A stretch of 64,000 nt of DNA, from NCBI GenBank assembly GCA_000708835.1, contig DF237276.1, positions 38,195 through 102,194 on the forward strand. The letters run 5' to 3'. Shown here piece after piece: positions 63,965-64,000 of this stretch. The notes under the pieces are model-generated. The model saw nothing but the letters and a program-made list of their open reading frames with translations. It had not been told where the DNA came from and made no database searches. Position numbers and translations under genes: made by a program. This stretch comes from Klebsormidium nitens. Its lineage: Eukaryota > Plantae > Klebsormidiophyceae. Numbering within the stretch: position 1 is the stretch's first letter; each line of letters opens with the position of its first letter.

Positions 63965-64000
63965 ACTGCGCTTTTTGACAACTCACTGGTCAATGTAGTG
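63965..64000 (-). repeat. Right terminal inverted repeat
   Basis: Reverse complement reads cactacattgaccagtgagttgtcaaaaagcgcagt; it differs from the left TIR only at positions 16-17. Confidence 0.92.

Larger units (their letters stand above)
51625..64000. mobile_element. Autonomous ~12.4-kb cut-and-paste DNA transposon with CACTA termini, encoding a RAG1/Transib-like transposase and a convergent BAH-domain gene
   Basis: 36-bp TIRs (34/36 identical) at 51625-51660 and 63965-64000 enclose a spliced DDE transposase on the - strand and a second gene on the + strand. The right TIR ends at the last base of the window, so the TSD cannot be checked. Confidence 0.9.

Noticed and set aside
51625-64000. 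Calling the element a standard plant CACTA/En-Spm transposon because of its CACTA ends
   Set aside because: I found no Tnp2/Transposase_21-type motifs and no subterminal repeat arrays; the protein motifs follow RAG1/Transib instead. Formal superfamily placement still needs the TSD and a phylogeny.
1-64000. tRNA or rRNA genes
   Set aside because: No cloverleaf or rRNA signature was recognised.

Overview
Intron-rich eukaryotic genomic DNA with plant-type genes; the gene content and style suggest a streptophyte green alga such as Klebsormidium (inference). The left 50 kb holds five host genes: the 3' part of DNA polymerase theta/TEBICHI (+), a Tubby-like F-box protein (+), a small coiled-coil protein (-), a very large LRR protein (+) and a secreted GT71-type alpha-mannosyltransferase with Cys-rich tail modules and one apparent frameshift (+). 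Many of their introns contain decayed tandem copies of the adjacent exon and splice junction. The main discovery is a 12.4-kb DNA transposon, 51625-64000, bounded by 36-bp CACTA-starting terminal inverted repeats (34/36 identical) that contain a nonamer-like A-tract. On the - strand it encodes an apparently intact spliced DDE transposase of over 1000 aa. By eye it matches the RAG1/Transib core motif by motif (RRAQxxR, D-D-E triad, CxxC, Hx4H), with a LysM-like insertion and a C-terminal PHD finger. A second, convergent gene encodes a BAH domain and probably an MBD-like domain. The layout resembles ProtoRAG but carries chromatin-reader cargo. All homologies were judged by eye against remembered family motifs; no searches were run. 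Exon boundaries were derived manually.
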